Below, piece by piece: positions 1 through 13,209 of a stretch of 64,000 nt of DNA. The DNA comes from Azolla caroliniana (taxonomy: Eukaryota; Plantae; Polypodiophyta). A program made the translations under genes and the position numbers. Numbering within the stretch: position 1 is the stretch's first letter; each line of letters opens with the position of its first letter. The stretch lies in NCBI GenBank assembly GCA_043228905.1, contig JBHGNT010000007.1, forward strand, positions 248,001 to 312,000. The letters run 5' to 3'. The notes under the pieces are model-generated. The model was not told where the DNA came from, searched no databases, and saw only the letters and a list, made by a program, of their open reading frames with translations.

Positions 1-140
1 TTGGTGAGTTGGCGAGACTATTGATGTACAAGATTTTGGTAATAATCGGCGACATCGAGATGGCTGATGTGGACTTGAGGAAGCTGATTTCCTGTTTTTT
101 TTATCAGGATGAGTGATGATGGTGTGGGAGTTGGTTATCT
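1..140 (-). repeat. Inverted dispersed copy of the ~150-bp tandem-repeat unit found at 10810-11600
   Basis: Reverse complement reads cccacaccatcatcactcatcctgataaaa...aagtccacatcagccatctcg...gccgattattaccaaaatc, matching the unit ccccacaccatcatcactcgtccttataaaa...aagtccacataaaccatctcgccgattaccaccaaa at ~10910-10995. Confidence 0.75.
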
Positions 141-3100
141 AAACCATATTTTTGCGGAATGAGAGTGATTGCATTTCATTCATTGGGACTTCCAAATGTT
201 TGCAAAAAGATAGAAAAAACGGTATTGACAGCTTCAATTGGAAAAATGTTGCACAATATGCATATGGCTTGGCTGCCTTAGGTCATCAGTTATTCTCCTT
301 GGGCCTGTCAGATATTCCCAAGGATTGATTAACACAACAATATAACAAATGCTCTTATGGATATGTATCAAGATATGGGAGATGCATTAGCATCACAATA
401 TGGTGGATCTACTGCTCATAATGTTGTTTTTCTTGAGAGATATGGAAGGGAAACTCTCACTTTGGGAGCTAGAATTTAATTATTCCTTACATGTTGGGAG
501 TAATGGTGATGATTCACATGCATATGGTGCTTGGTATAAGAAGTATATTTTGTTTTTGGAAAAATAAATAAATAAAATTGTAAGCTTATGGGCAGACAAG
601 CTCAGGTTGTAGCCTTCGGGTGTTTTTCGTTAATACTACTAAAAAAATCTTTGAAGGAAAAAAAAAGGGAACCTTGAGTTTGTAGGATTTCTTCTAAGGA
701 AGCCACATTAAGTTTCAGGGTTCTATCGGTTTGTTCTTGATAAGGTGGGTTGTCTATTTCGACCTCCTTTTTACTTATGTATACTAATGGAGCGAGGGGT
801 AAGATAAGAGTAAATCTTTCTCTTGTTTCAATGAAACTCGCAAGAGTTGGGTTTTCCTTATCTTGGTTTTTTGCATGTCAGTCATCATGAATGACATGTG
901 CATAATTTTGAATTTCTCACATTCCAACGTGAGGATTTGAATAAACCCCTGAGTGAGATGGTAAGATTGTGTATGGCAGGTAGTGTTTCATTTTATTTTG
1001 GTATGAACATACTATGCGTACTAGATTTGTTTTCTTTTTTGGGGCTTTTTCTTCATCTTTCTATTAATTATTGTTTGAGTGTTGAATTTGTGTTGCTCCA
1101 TGCTTTGAGCAATGCATTGGGCACTCATGCCTAAACATACTCCTACTTCTAATGACACAACAACCAACAACGCCAATCTTCTCTTTCATTCCTTTTACTA
1201 GAAATCATGTACTAAGTGGTCATGTTGTCCTAGCATGGCGGGGTCTAATGGTAGAAAATGGCGAAATAGGAACAACCATTGAAACAATGTAAATATGTAT
1301 CTATATGAAAAGAAAAATAAAATAACAAAAGGTAAATATTCAAATAGTTAATGTTGTTGGTTAGTGGGAAAAGGTGAAGGTTTTCAATCATAGTGTTTGT
1401 GTGCGGCATGGGAGTATTTTGACGGTTTTCTTCTTGAGTTTTTTCTCTCGGTATTAGGATTAGGAGTTGCACAGGAGACTGCCCTTAAGACACTCATCCA
1501 TTATTTTCTTCTGAGGTTTTCTTTTCCGTCACCTATTTTAGGGTTTCTCAGTGTTATCTGAGTTGAGTAAAACATGGATATTGGGCCATTTCTTCTCGAT
1601 TTTCATATTTCTATAGGGTTGGATCAAGGATAACTTGGTTCAACCAAAGCAACGTAAGAGGATATTATCAAAAAGTTGAAAGAGTTAAAAGGGGGTGTGT
1701 GGATTGTACATCAACAAAAGGCAGTGTAGTTGTAGGTCGTAGCCACCCCTCACCAAAACTAAAGAAATGTTCTTTTCCTACTATTAACCCATATTTTCTC
1801 CTAATCTAATTTCTTCACACCCTACGTTAAAAGGGTTTTCTCATCGTAATTGAATATTCATTGTAATAGATACATCTTAGTCTTAATCTTAAAATATCGT
1901 CTTCTGGCTATGTTGTGCAAAAGAGGGAGAGGGTGATTTGCAACATCGTCAACAAAGAGCGATCAAAAGGGGGTTGAATCCACAAGCACCCAGTGATTCC
2001 ACAAGGTCTTGTCAAATCCACGAGCTCACGTCCTTTGCATGAAGACCCCCTCCAATCCACAAAGGCATTACATGAAGTCTTTCCACAAGGGAAATCCACA
2101 TGGGATTACATGAATGGGAAACCCTAATCGCATAGTGAATTACTACCAAACATTCTGGAGGCATGTAGTGAGATCTCGTGTAAATTTTCAAATAAATGGT
2201 AACAATGATATTCGATAGGAAGAGTAGTTAGAGATGCAAGTTGGAGAATAAGGTTGCAATGGTAGGTCATTCACAACATATGTTACTAACATTGATTCCT
2301 TACATATTCATAAATCCTTCCTAATTACAGGCGTTTATGAAACGAGATGGTTGTATAGCATTGTGCATACTCAAATCCCCGTAATGACTTCATATGGCTT
2401 ATGCTTACAACAATGCTTCATGTTCCTCTTTCCTTACATACATACTTCCAAACCTACAAACACTAGCATAAAAAATATGTACATACATAATAAGAGTCTC
2501 CTGACTACCTTCGAGGCTTAACAAAACCATCTTCGCACACAAAAATTAGTCAATGAGGGTTGTAGCATGGATTGAAGCATTTAAGTTAGCAATAGTTCTA
2601 TAGTTTTTACAAAATCTCTTATATGCAACTTGTCTAAGAGTAAAGTGAATCCTTTTACCATTCAATATGCATAAGACTATAAATGGTACACTTTCCATAT
2701 GCAAGAAAAAAAACTCAAAAAAATTATGTCATTTCCTCTACAAAAGGGTCAAAGCAACGAAAGTGGTCGGCAGTAAAAACTATTCAACATCTTAAACATG
2801 TGGATCTAAACATGGATAAGATTCTTTTGACATTAGAATTTTTATTTTTCGAAACACTTTATCTATCTTCCTCTAGAATAAAAGAAAACTTGGTCTAATT
2901 ATATATATGGTTGACATAATATCTATTCTCACTTTCATATTTACTCTAAGGGGTGACTCTTCAACAATGGAAACTAGTTAGATTTATGAGGAAATAAGCC
3001 CTAGTAGGGCTCATTTATAGCGTAAAATATATGTTTGTGGGGTTCAATTTTAATGTGAAATACCTTTATCCAAAGTTGTAAGATATTTCAATTTAAATCC

Positions 3101-4867
3101 ATGTATATGTCTACATAACAAATTGTTAAGAATGTATGTTTAGATCATTACTCCACATTTCACGAATACGGAATCATTCACTTGCAAATACAATTTTTTT
3201 ATTTGTTAAGTGTGTTGTTATTTTGACGCCATGGATCGATGAACTACCTAATGTCAAGCAACCTAGACCAAGGCCGGTGCATGAGAACAAATTTGTTCCT
3301 ACGCGTCTATGTTGACATAATGGCATGCACGATTGAAATGGACTAATGATGAAGGATGAATATAACCAATTATATAATGATATGTTAGCACTATAAGTTG
3401 CATGAATGCATTTACACATGTGTTTTCTTCCATTGTGTTTTCAAGTGATAATTGGATGGGACCTCTATAATGCATGCAAAAATAAATCATTGGTATTATT
3501 TGTCAATTAGGAAATCACTGTGGATAGATAGTGTGAAAGCAAATAAAAAAAATTGAGAATTGAAAACATTTGTTACTATTTAAATTTTTTATGTGTTCTT
3601 GACTTTTTAATCAGAGTGGGCACGAGGCTAGAGTATAAGTCAATATGCATAAAAGAAAAGAAAAGAAATAGAATAAAAAAATTTAAAGCTTTTTATTCTG
3701 CATCTAGAGTTGATGCCAATCATTGATCAACAAATGGATAAAGCTGCATCTAATTGAACAATAAACAATTGTCTTCTTTTATCTTGAAAGTTATTGAACC
3801 TTTTCAAAGTTGCATGAGCAACGCATACATGTAACAAGATGGGTATGGAATTATTATAAGATTTTGCATTTAAGTATGTTGGAGTACTTCTAAATTGGCT
3901 AGTGTGTTTCTCTCATGTCCTATGTCACATGTCACGGTGTTAGGATCCATAACCTTAGCTTGCACATGTGGACAAAGCTTCTACATTAAAGTGCAACTGT
4001 TTCCCCATATTAATCTTTATGATAGGCTTGCCTCATAATAAACCATTGAGATATTGTTAACAACAAGCACTTTAGGTATCAACCCAAGGTTATCAATTCA
4101 AATCCAATTACTCTGCATATCACTTTTCCTAGAGCCCATAGTCATATATCACTTATACTACAATACACACCACCTTGATGTGTAAAAGTGGAGTCTCTAA
4201 ATTTGTGTGTGTGTGAAAAAACTCAACTATATATATAAATATGTTTGAAAAATACTACAATGGTAGCACAACAGAGTATGGTCACCACTCCGTGGGTAGT
4301 GGGACATGTTGAATTGCAAATAAACAAGATGAACCCTCCACTGAGGAAAAAATTTATAGTTCCACCAATAAAGAAAATGTCCACATTAATACTCCCTTCA
4401 CTTTCATAGATATGTTTTGACTCCATACCTACCATCAAATATAAGAGCATTGTGCATATCCCAATTATGGTGCAATCCCCAATATATTCGATTTTGGGTT
4501 AACCTGTGTCAATTATGCAAACACCCAATGTCTTGGCATCAAATAACGTTGTGATAAAACTTGCCAAATTTGAGAAATGTAACTCCAAACTTGACAAACA
4601 ATTGTACATTGTATGAAACAATGATTATTATCTTCCATTTGACCAATGCAAAAGAAGCAATTGCTCGTTATTAATCTACATCATTTTAGAGTTGATTCCA
4701 AATGCAAACCCCCAATCAAAAGTCTCCAAATGAAGACCATTGCTACAAGTGGCAATTTAGAATGTCATCTATGTTTTAAGATCTTCCATAATCCATTGCT
4801 AGAGTTATGTAGTTTCCAATATTGTTAATCCTTAGATGATAGGCATCGAAGAGACTTAATGGAGCAA

Positions 4868-5050
4868 CAATACAAGAGATTAGTAGTCACTCGTAAAAAT
4901 GATGTTGGACCCCATAAACATCAATCAACCTCGTAAATAATTGCCAAGTGTTACATCCTCCTTATCAATACAAGAGATTAGTAGTCACTCGTAAAAATGA
5001 TGTTGAAGCCTTAATCGTTGTCCTCCCAAGTGTTACATCCTCCTTATCAA
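4868..5050. repeat. Small local direct duplications
   Basis: caatacaagagattagtagtcactcgtaaaaatgatgttg occurs at ~4868 and ~4967; ccaagtgttacatcctccttatcaat occurs at ~4944 and ~5026. Confidence 0.75.
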
Positions 5051-5574
5051 TGAAATGTAGGACAACACATATCTATGGTTGTGAGTATGAACACAAGTCT
5101 TGCATTTATGAAAACCTACATACCATTATAAGCATACATATATAATTCCAATATTGCAACTCTCCCCAAGCGCTTAGGGGTTGCTAGATGGTTATATGCA
5201 ACCTATGTGTTTATCCACTTATCCCTCTTCCTCCACACCAAATGTCGAAGAGGTTGCTAAATGGAATGCAAATACTTCTTTGTCCATTGTAGCAATGACA
5301 CGTAATATAATATCATGGTATTCATGATACATTGTACAACCTTCAAGCATACGTGAAATGAACAAAATTGTGACTTCCAATACATGAACTTTTCTCTTAA
5401 CTTCCTAGACTTCCATTCCCTCAATTGGCCATTCATAACATTCATTCTAATGAATATCCCTAGTGTCAAAATTTTGAGTCTTGTCTAACCAAGGATACTT
5501 ACCATCCTACACATTCCAAATCCCTCTCAATGAACTTCCTCCAATTAATTTCCTCTCTCTCTCTCTCTGGGCCA

Positions 5575-5605
5575 AATTTGGTCTTAGAAGACGTTAATAT
5601 ATCTT

Positions 5606-5643
<38 letters not shown>

Positions 5644-5690
5644 GCACGCACGCACACACACACGCACACGCACGCACGCACGCACGCACA
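5575..5690 (+). repeat. Dispersed repeat fragment followed by (CT)n/(CA)n/(CACG)n microsatellite
   Basis: tttggtcttagaagacgttaatatatctttctctctc recurs in reverse complement at ~39728-39784 (both give the spurious ORF motif LVLEDVNISF). Confidence 0.65.
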
Positions 5691-6439
5691 AACCCAAGAA
5701 GATGGTCTTGATAAAACTTGAATGTACAAACATTAATTATAGAGCTTTCAATGGATTGGGAAAATATTATTAAAAATTATTTGAATACAGACTACTTGCA
5801 TGCCAAAAAGTCATTTATAAACATTGCCTAAATAGGAAATGCCTCTTTAAAAAGGGAACCAATATGGCTACAAGTAGCTTATTAGTTACGGGTTTCAATG
5901 TCACAAACCTTTTATTAAGTCTTCGATTCAGTTCGCATGGTGCATCATAATCATTGATGCTTCCAATATGAAACTATATTTAAAGGCAAACTTGGAATTG
6001 TGATAAGAAACTCTATTACAAATAATATGGAGAAAACAACAAACACTCATGGAGTTTGGAATTCTTGTAAGTTCACTTATATGTTCCATAGTTTGTGAAT
6101 GCATGGAATTCCTGTAATGTGAAAAAACGTGCGTTTTATAAGACTTTTGGGCTAGTGATTAAAGGCAAACTGCAAAAGTAAGTTCCCCTAAATTGAGTTT
6201 GGCCATATGTTCGTTGAGGGTGTGCATATTTTGGGTGCAACTTTTGGAAGGCATGTGTGGAATACACACATATATGATATATGTATGTATACATAATACA
6301 TATGCATGTAATGGGGAGGAGGAAGGGGGGTGTGTGTTGGGGGAGGGGAGGGGGGGAGATAAAACGAAAGTCAACGAAGAGGGTTGCTTTTGGTTTGGTT
6401 TGGTTTCAGATATAAGGGAATTAAGAACGAAAAAGTAGC

Positions 6440-6979
6440 ATACATACATACATACATACATACATACATACATACCACATATGTATTGTACATAGGATTC
6501 TCCCTATCGCATTTCTTTTGTGTTGTGTATATGTACATTATACATTATTTGTTAGTTTTTTGTATTTTTTCAGTAAATATTCATCAACTTTATCGTGGTT
6601 GGATGTCATGGAATCCCGTCTCATCATCATCATACACGGGGAAGAAAGAGACGACAGAAGTGGACGGGGGGACATGCAGATACTACTACAATCGATGCGA
6701 GCCATGAGACCTTGAAAAAGCATACATACGTTGTGATCGATCAATGATCATAACACAATGCAATGGATGGATGAATGGGTCGCAATGGTCCATCCAATGA
6801 TGTATGTATGTATGTATGTATGTATGCATGTATGTATGTATGTGGGATGCAGGATGCTCTCACATGTACAAATGTGTATGGATACCATGATGGGGTGTGG
6901 GGGGGGGGTGCTACACGCGTGATGGTGAAATACATAGAGAGATAACGAGCGTGTTGACATACAGCTAGCTAGCTACCTA

Positions 6980-7025
<46 letters not shown>
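6440..7025. repeat. Microsatellite cluster upstream of WRKY: (TACA)n ~6440-6475, (TATG)n ~6801-6843, (CT)n ~6983-7025
   Basis: Directly visible simple repeats. Confidence 0.9.
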
Positions 7026-7029
<4 letters not shown>

Positions 7030-7085
7030 GTATTATGCTTTTGGGAGCGAGGGTTGAATTCTGTGCCTTCAGTCCACCTTCTCCC

Positions 7086-7091
7086 TATAAA
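7086..7091 (+). promoter_or_regulatory. Putative TATA box of the WRKY gene
   Basis: ctataaat ~230 bp upstream of the ATG at 7320, followed by a pyrimidine-rich leader typical of plant 5' UTRs. Confidence 0.55.
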
Positions 7092-7319
7092 TTAAAGTCA
7101 GCGCCCCCTCCTCTCCTTCATCCTTCATCTTCTTCTTCTTTACACAGCTTTCCTCTGTGTTTTATTATTACTCTGTTTTCTCTCTAAGTCCTCTCACTCT
7201 GTTTCTTCGGTGCTCTTGGTGTGAAAAGCTACTCTTCAACTGACCAATTCCTCTGTCCTACGCTCTACCTCCAAACACCACCAGTCAGTCTGCTCTACTC
7301 TGCAGCCAATCCAGCAGCT

Positions 7320-8900
7320 ATGGAGCACCCTATTCACAGTGATGATGGAGACCTCACAGCCATTGTTAGAGCAGGATTCTCCTTATCAACTAAGTCTGCC
7401 GTGACTTCTTCTTCTTCCCAGTTTCTGATTCCCCCTGTTTTCTCCAATTTCGCCGGCGGCATTTCAAGCTCGCAAAACAACGCCTGTTGCCACTTCTCAA
7501 ACCCTAATTCAAGCTCTGCCATAGATTCTGGTACTTATAACATATCCTTTTCTTCTGCGGCTGCCGCTCCCACTTCTACGACCGCCACTACCACTCAGCA
7601 TATGCTTAATCCTAATGATGTGATGAAGGGGCCTTATCACAACATGACCTATGGCGGGCACCTCATTAAACAAACTTATGAAGCAACCAGACCCCCCCTT
7701 TCCCCTTCCCCTTCCTCTTTCTCTTTCTCCTCTAATTCCTCGTCGCCGTCGACATCTTCTTCACCTTCTGTCTCTATACCAGTCATGAAAACAAGAGAAA
7801 CCAAAAGAAGGTACTAGAAACTCCTTCCCTCAACTTTTGTGTTGGGCAATTTTGTTTGTTTATTGTGTGTGTGTGTGTGTGTTACATATATATACTGTTT
7901 GATTAATGTGTTTATACTGAGTTTTGGTTGTGATTGCAAATGATATAGAGGGGCAAAAGGCAGTGGGTGTAGAAAAGCTGCAGCCCAGAAGAGAGTGGTT
8001 CATGTGCCAGCAACAGCGAGTGGAGCAGGGGCAGGTGAAAATGGCCCTCCTTCCAATCCGACGGACATGTGGTCCTGGAGAAAATATGGCCAAAAGCCCA
8101 TAAAAGGCTCTCCATATCCAAGGTATGGAAGACACATGACATGAATGTGGACAAACATATATGTATATATATGTAAATGCTATGGAATATGTGGTCATGC
8201 ATGCTTCCATTCATTGGAGGGTGTTGGTATTTGTGGATTAATTTTGCTTTCCATTTGCAGGAGTTATTATCGGTGCAGTAGTTCTAAAGGCTGCCCTGCA
8301 AGAAAGCAAGTTGAGAGAAGCCTGAAGGACCCCAGCATGCTCATCTTCAGTTACACATCAGAGCATAACCATTCCTGGCCACTCTTGAATCGGGCTCCTC
8401 CTCCTCCTCCTGCTCTTCCTCTCGCTTCCTCTTCTTCATCATCTTCATCTCCGAATCAAAAAAACCATCAACAACAACTACCACCATTAAGCCCTAATTT
8501 ACAAGACACAAAGTCTCCTCCGAGTAGCGTTAACACAAGCGATATGAACTCGGAATCTAGTGCGAATGATGATGATGATGATGGTGGTGATGGTGATGGT
8601 GATGGTTCCTTGGCATCATCAACATTCCATGTCTCCAATGGAACAGCGATCTCGCCCTCACATGAGCAACAGTGCGACGACTTTCTTCTTCATGATGCCC
8701 TGTTCACAGAAATGGTAGAGGACATGCAAGGGGGGGGCCAAGCGTGGTGGTCCATGTCCATGGACATGTCCATGGACATGGAGGAGGGAGGTGTTCTTGG
8801 CTTGCTGCATCATCATGTGGACACGGAGGAGGAGGACCCTTTCAATGCTATTTTCGATTGGTCCACCATTATCACCGGTTTCAATCATGTGGTGCAATAA
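7320..8900 (+). CDS. WRKY: WRKY transcription factor, group IIe-like (single WRKY domain, C2H2 zinc finger), ~426 aa
   Basis: Exons 7320-7810, 7973-8122 (alternative in-frame acceptor 7949) and 8261-8900; GT-AG introns, phases consistent. Spliced protein contains QKRVVHVP...[20 protein letters not shown]|[20 protein letters not shown]...YTSEHNH with the conserved R-type (PR) intron, plus an N-terminal DLTAIVR motif typical of group IIe. Confidence 0.95.
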
Positions 8901-9039
8901 TGACACACACGCTTTGGCATCTCTTCGATGCCTCGTCAAAGCATGAATGAATACATACATATCCTTCCTTCACCTTGTATGATACAAAATCAACCGATTG
9001 TTTAGCATACATACATATATATAATTCACTCAGCATACA

Positions 9040-9420
9040 TAGGAGGCTAGGTTCACCATGGGTGTTTGGATACCAATGGTTGTGCGAAAAATGCGAGCAA
9101 CGTAATGTTTGCTTGTACCATGCACCCTACTTTTTTCCTGGTTTGGCACCATTCATCCATTGTGAACCTGCCCTTACATAGGTTTCCTTGTTGTAACCTA
9201 CCCATAGAACATGGAAAGATTCGATATTATAATCTATAGCACAAACAGGCGAGGTTCACCATGTATGTTTGGACACAAACGGTTGTTGAAAAGGCAAGCT
9301 ATATTTGCCACGGGTTTCTACCAGCCGTTGTTTTTTCATGGTTTGGCCCCATTCATCCATCGTGAACCAGCCCTATCATATAGGCTTCCTTGTAACTCAC
9401 TCATGTAACATGGAAATATA
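9040..9420. repeat. Two tandem ~200-bp units, each containing a ~130-bp fold-back (MITE-like, possibly PIF/Harbinger-derived)
   Basis: Unit 1 9044-9174: aggttcaccatgggtg...catccattgtgaacct. Unit 2 ~9247-9373: aggttcaccatgtatg...catccatcgtgaacca. Both are followed by a similar ataggxttccttgt...acatggaaa tail. Confidence 0.7.
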
Positions 9421-10529
9421 ACTGATGTTAAGATCTTTCCTATGGTTTTATTTCACTTTATTTATTTTTTATCTTGGATGCTTTTCATATGTTTGGTTTA
9501 AATTTTCGAGCATCATGCTTCCCAAGAGATTGCTCTAGCAACAATCTTTGTTCATGAAAGGACATGCATGATCCATGGGGTAAGAGACCACTGCCATCTC
9601 ATAAACATTGGATTCCTACACTACCTTGTACATGGATGAAAAAGGAAGTTATCAAATATCATCTCAGCTCACGAGTTTCAATGCCTAGATGTAGAGAGCT
9701 ATGCCACTTTTATAAAATAAAAGAAATAAAAAAGCAATCATTTTCTCGGCGAGCCTTTAAAATAAAGGCAAATCAAGTTCAAATATAGCCTTATTACTTA
9801 TGCAAATATATATTGTAGAGGTATCCGCGAAACATGGTTTTGAGAGGAGATTGCTTGAACATATGGAAACTTTATGGTAGACACCTTATTACAAATAGAA
9901 ATCAAAGGACAACGTTAAATTGAAAACTCTAATAGGAAAAGTAACCTTGAAGACCAAGCATGAACAATGAGCATAAAACTAAGCTAAACGACATCACTAG
10001 AAAAGCAAAATCCTAAATTCCATAGCTTGCGAAATTTATTTTGCTTTGACAAAAGAAATATACACAACTTCCAACACATACTTTTATCTTTGACGCTCAG
10101 TGAATCTCTCATTCAAGTGATGCACGTGAACCATAACTAGTTTTTCCCCATCTTTTGGCATCAAATGCAATTGATGAATTCCACAAACTTGGTATTTTGC
10201 AACGACATGTCCTAACATGCTTGAGTTCCCATATAGCATCAAATTTCCTTCATCATGCCTAAGATCTTAGATCATATCAATTCTATGACAACTTTCATTG
10301 TTTTATCTCATGACATAATTCGTTTTCATTCCATCTTTCTTTCAACCTCACCCTAAGGGTACACTCTCTTTTTTTCTAAAACAAAATATCCTTCCATTAG
10401 TTGTATAAAAAGGTCCTAACAGCTACAACATACAAAGTATTTTTTCCCCAAGCCCGTCTTGTATAAGATGATGGCTGAGGAAACAAGTCTACATTCTCCA
10501 AAGTAGAGAAAACAATCCACTAATTTGCA

Positions 10530-10810
10530 AGTTATTCCATATCCATAGACAACAACAAAAGTAGCTATATTCGGAAACAAGCCCTCGCAGCTCGTAGTTA
10601 TGAACCATTTCAATACTTCTTCAACCTGCTCCTATTCAACATAATCTTTATCCAAAAAATTGAATGCCACCACAAGCTTTCAAGGTAGAGAACAATGTAT
10701 TCCATGCTTGTCCATCTCGGATTTGAAGGCGATCAAATACGCTGTGTAGTTTTTCAAGACAACCACATTTCACATTCTTGATTGTAAACTCAAGAAGTAA
10801 GCTTCCTCTT
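10530..10810 (-). pseudogene. Degenerate PLS-class pentatricopeptide-repeat (PPR) gene fragment
   Basis: Minus-strand translation gives NVKCGCLEKLHSVFDRLQIRDGQAWNTL, TLKACGG and EQVEEVLKWF...EGLFPNIATFV, which are typical PLS PPR motif fragments, broken by stops and frameshifts. Confidence 0.7.
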
Positions 10811-11600
10811 TCCACATCAACCATCTCGCCGGTTACCACCAAATTCCTATACATACAACCAAAAAGTAAGTCAAGTTTCCTCGTCTCCCCATGAGCTTAT
10901 GCTTCAACCCCCACACCATCATCACTCGTCCTTATAAAAAACAGAAAAACTACTTCGTTAAGTCCACATAAACCATCTCGCCGATTACCACCAAATTCTG
11001 GCACATATAACAATCAAATGAGTCTAAAATCCTCGTCTCCTCGTGACAATATGCTTCAGCTTCCACACCGTCATCACTCATCCTTATCCAAAACATAAAT
11101 TCTACTTCATTAAGTCCACATCACCCATCTCGCCGAATACCACCAAAATCCTACACATACAACAAAACAATGAGTCTTGTTTCCTCATCTCCTCGTGAGA
11201 ATATGATTCGCCCCCCACGCCCTCATCACTCATCCTTATCCCAAATATAAATTTTGCTTCATCAAGTCCACATCAAAGATCTTGCCGATTACCGCCAAAA
11301 TCACGTACATACAAACAACCAATGAGTCTAGTATTCTCGAGAGAATATGCTTCGACCCCCGCATCACCATCACTTATCCTTATCAAAAACATGAACTCTG
11401 CTTCATTAAGTCCACAACAACCATCTCTCTCTCGTTGATTTATCACCAAAAACATGTACCTACAAAAATAAAATGACACTCTCTCCTCGTCTCCTCGTTA
11501 AATTATGTTGTAGCCCTCAACACCATCATCACTCATCCTTATCCAAAATACAAAAGATGCTTCATTTTCCGCATCCACCATCTCGCTCCTATCACTCCAC
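10810..11600 (+). repeat. Degenerate tandem array, ~150-bp period, about 5-6 units
   Basis: Anchor ccatctcgccgxttaccaccaaa recurs at ~10820, 10972, 11124, 11277, 11420 and 11578; each unit also has ctcgtctcc, tatgcttc and caccatcatcactcatccttat. Confidence 0.85.
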
Positions 11601-12140
11601 AAGATTGCCCCTATCACATCCGCCTCTTTTATGTCCTTCATGTCAACTTGTAAGTTAAAAATTGGAAGAATGCACTATATACTGTAGCAATTGTTGCAAT
11701 TGTCGTTGCTCAATGTCAACATCTAGAGTCTCAAAATCGAGCCTTACACTTGAGAAACCAAATCTAGGCTTGGCACTAATGGTGTTTTGTAGGTACCACC
11801 AAAAACATGTACCTACAAAAACAAAATGACACTCTCTCCTCGTCTCCTCGTTAAATTATGTTGCAGCCCTCAACACCATCATCACTCATCCTTATCCAAA
11901 ATACAAAAGATGCTTCATTTTCCGCATCCACCATCTCGCCCCTATCACTCCACAAGATTGCCCCTATCACATCCGCCTCTTGTATGTTCTTCATGTCAAC
12001 TTGTAAGTTAAAAATTGGAAGAATGCACTATATACTGTAGCAATTGTTGCAATTGTCGTTGCTCGATGTCAACATCTAGAGTCTCAACATTGAGCCTTAC
12101 ACTTGAGAAACCAAATCCAGGCTTGGCACTGAGCCTAAGC
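11445..12140 (+). repeat. Recent ~353-bp direct duplication at the end of the tandem array
   Basis: Near-identical blocks at ~11445-11780 and ~11797-12135; the twin ORFs 11473-11658 and 11826-12011 are offset by exactly 353 nt. Confidence 0.9.
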
Positions 12141-13209
12141 TCCATACTAGTTTGTTCATTTCCCCCCCTTTTATCGGCCACATATTGCCCTAGTGACCTT
12201 TCTACTCCCTTGTCCAACCTACTCCTAGGGAGAATTTCATGTTTGCAAAATACTCATTAGTTCCAAGAAAAAGAAAACTCAAATTATACCCTCATTTCTT
12301 TTATCCCTTAAGCAAACAAATGTACTAAAAACATACAAACCAAAACTCAAACAATTCCACATTTACAAACATTACACATTTACAAAAAGTTCTAGACTGA
12401 AAGTATACAAGCTCCCCTCCCCACCCACCTCCCACACACACATTATATATGTACATGGGCGCACACGAGTAATAGTAGAATATATGACAAACACCCACTT
12501 TACATATTACAAAGTGCATACACAAATAAACTTCAAATATATTACGAAACACGTTACATCTAGATGTGTCCACACATTTACCCTCAATTACAACATAACA
12601 CTTACAAGTGTATCTTCACAAATTTAAAAGGGGGAAACATCATGAGCACAAACGCATGACATCTACATGCTCGACTTCCGCTAATTGACATAGCCAATAT
12701 TATCAAATCCATCTTCCCTAGGTCACAACTCCGGTGGTCCTACTCATATCTTTCCCACCCTTCATGTAGATCCTCAAAACATTGTGTCTTGCCGAAGGTA
12801 ACACCTTGAATTTTTTTACGTGGCATTTCTAAAAACCCACGGATGGGTTGTTGCAATTCATCATCCTTTTAGCACTTGTTCAAGAAGTTGATAGATTGAG
12901 TATGTATGGGCTCCATTTGGGTTCAATTTAATTTTATTTCATGGGCTGGGAGAGTGAATCGAACCGAATGAACCATTTACACAACAAAAACTAAACGAAA
13001 CCGTTTAAACTCGAGCCATTGCAACCAAATGTAAGGAAAAGTTGAAACCATACCAAATCATCTTAATCACAAATCTAAACTAAACTGTTTATGTCAAATT
13101 AATTAAACAATTAAAAGAAAAAAAACTAAATTAAACACATATTTTCCCCCAAAAAACACTGATTCACATAAGTTAGCAAACAAAGTTCAACCATTAAGAT
13201 CCTTTTATC

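Noticed and set aside
4200-5500. Possible decayed transposase-like coding remnants (also ~38800-39450 and ~40800-41500)
   Set aside because: Composition looks like old TE coding DNA, but I could not recover a diagnostic motif; needs an HMM or RepeatMasker search.
7221-7319. Longer WRKY N-terminus in the ORF track
   Set aside because: Begins at GTG; the first in-frame ATG is 7320.
10810-12140. Regularly spaced repeats as a possible CRISPR array, and twin 61-aa ORFs
   Set aside because: Whole ~150-bp units are homologous with no unique spacers, the context is eukaryotic and there are no cas genes; the ORFs come from the 353-bp duplication.
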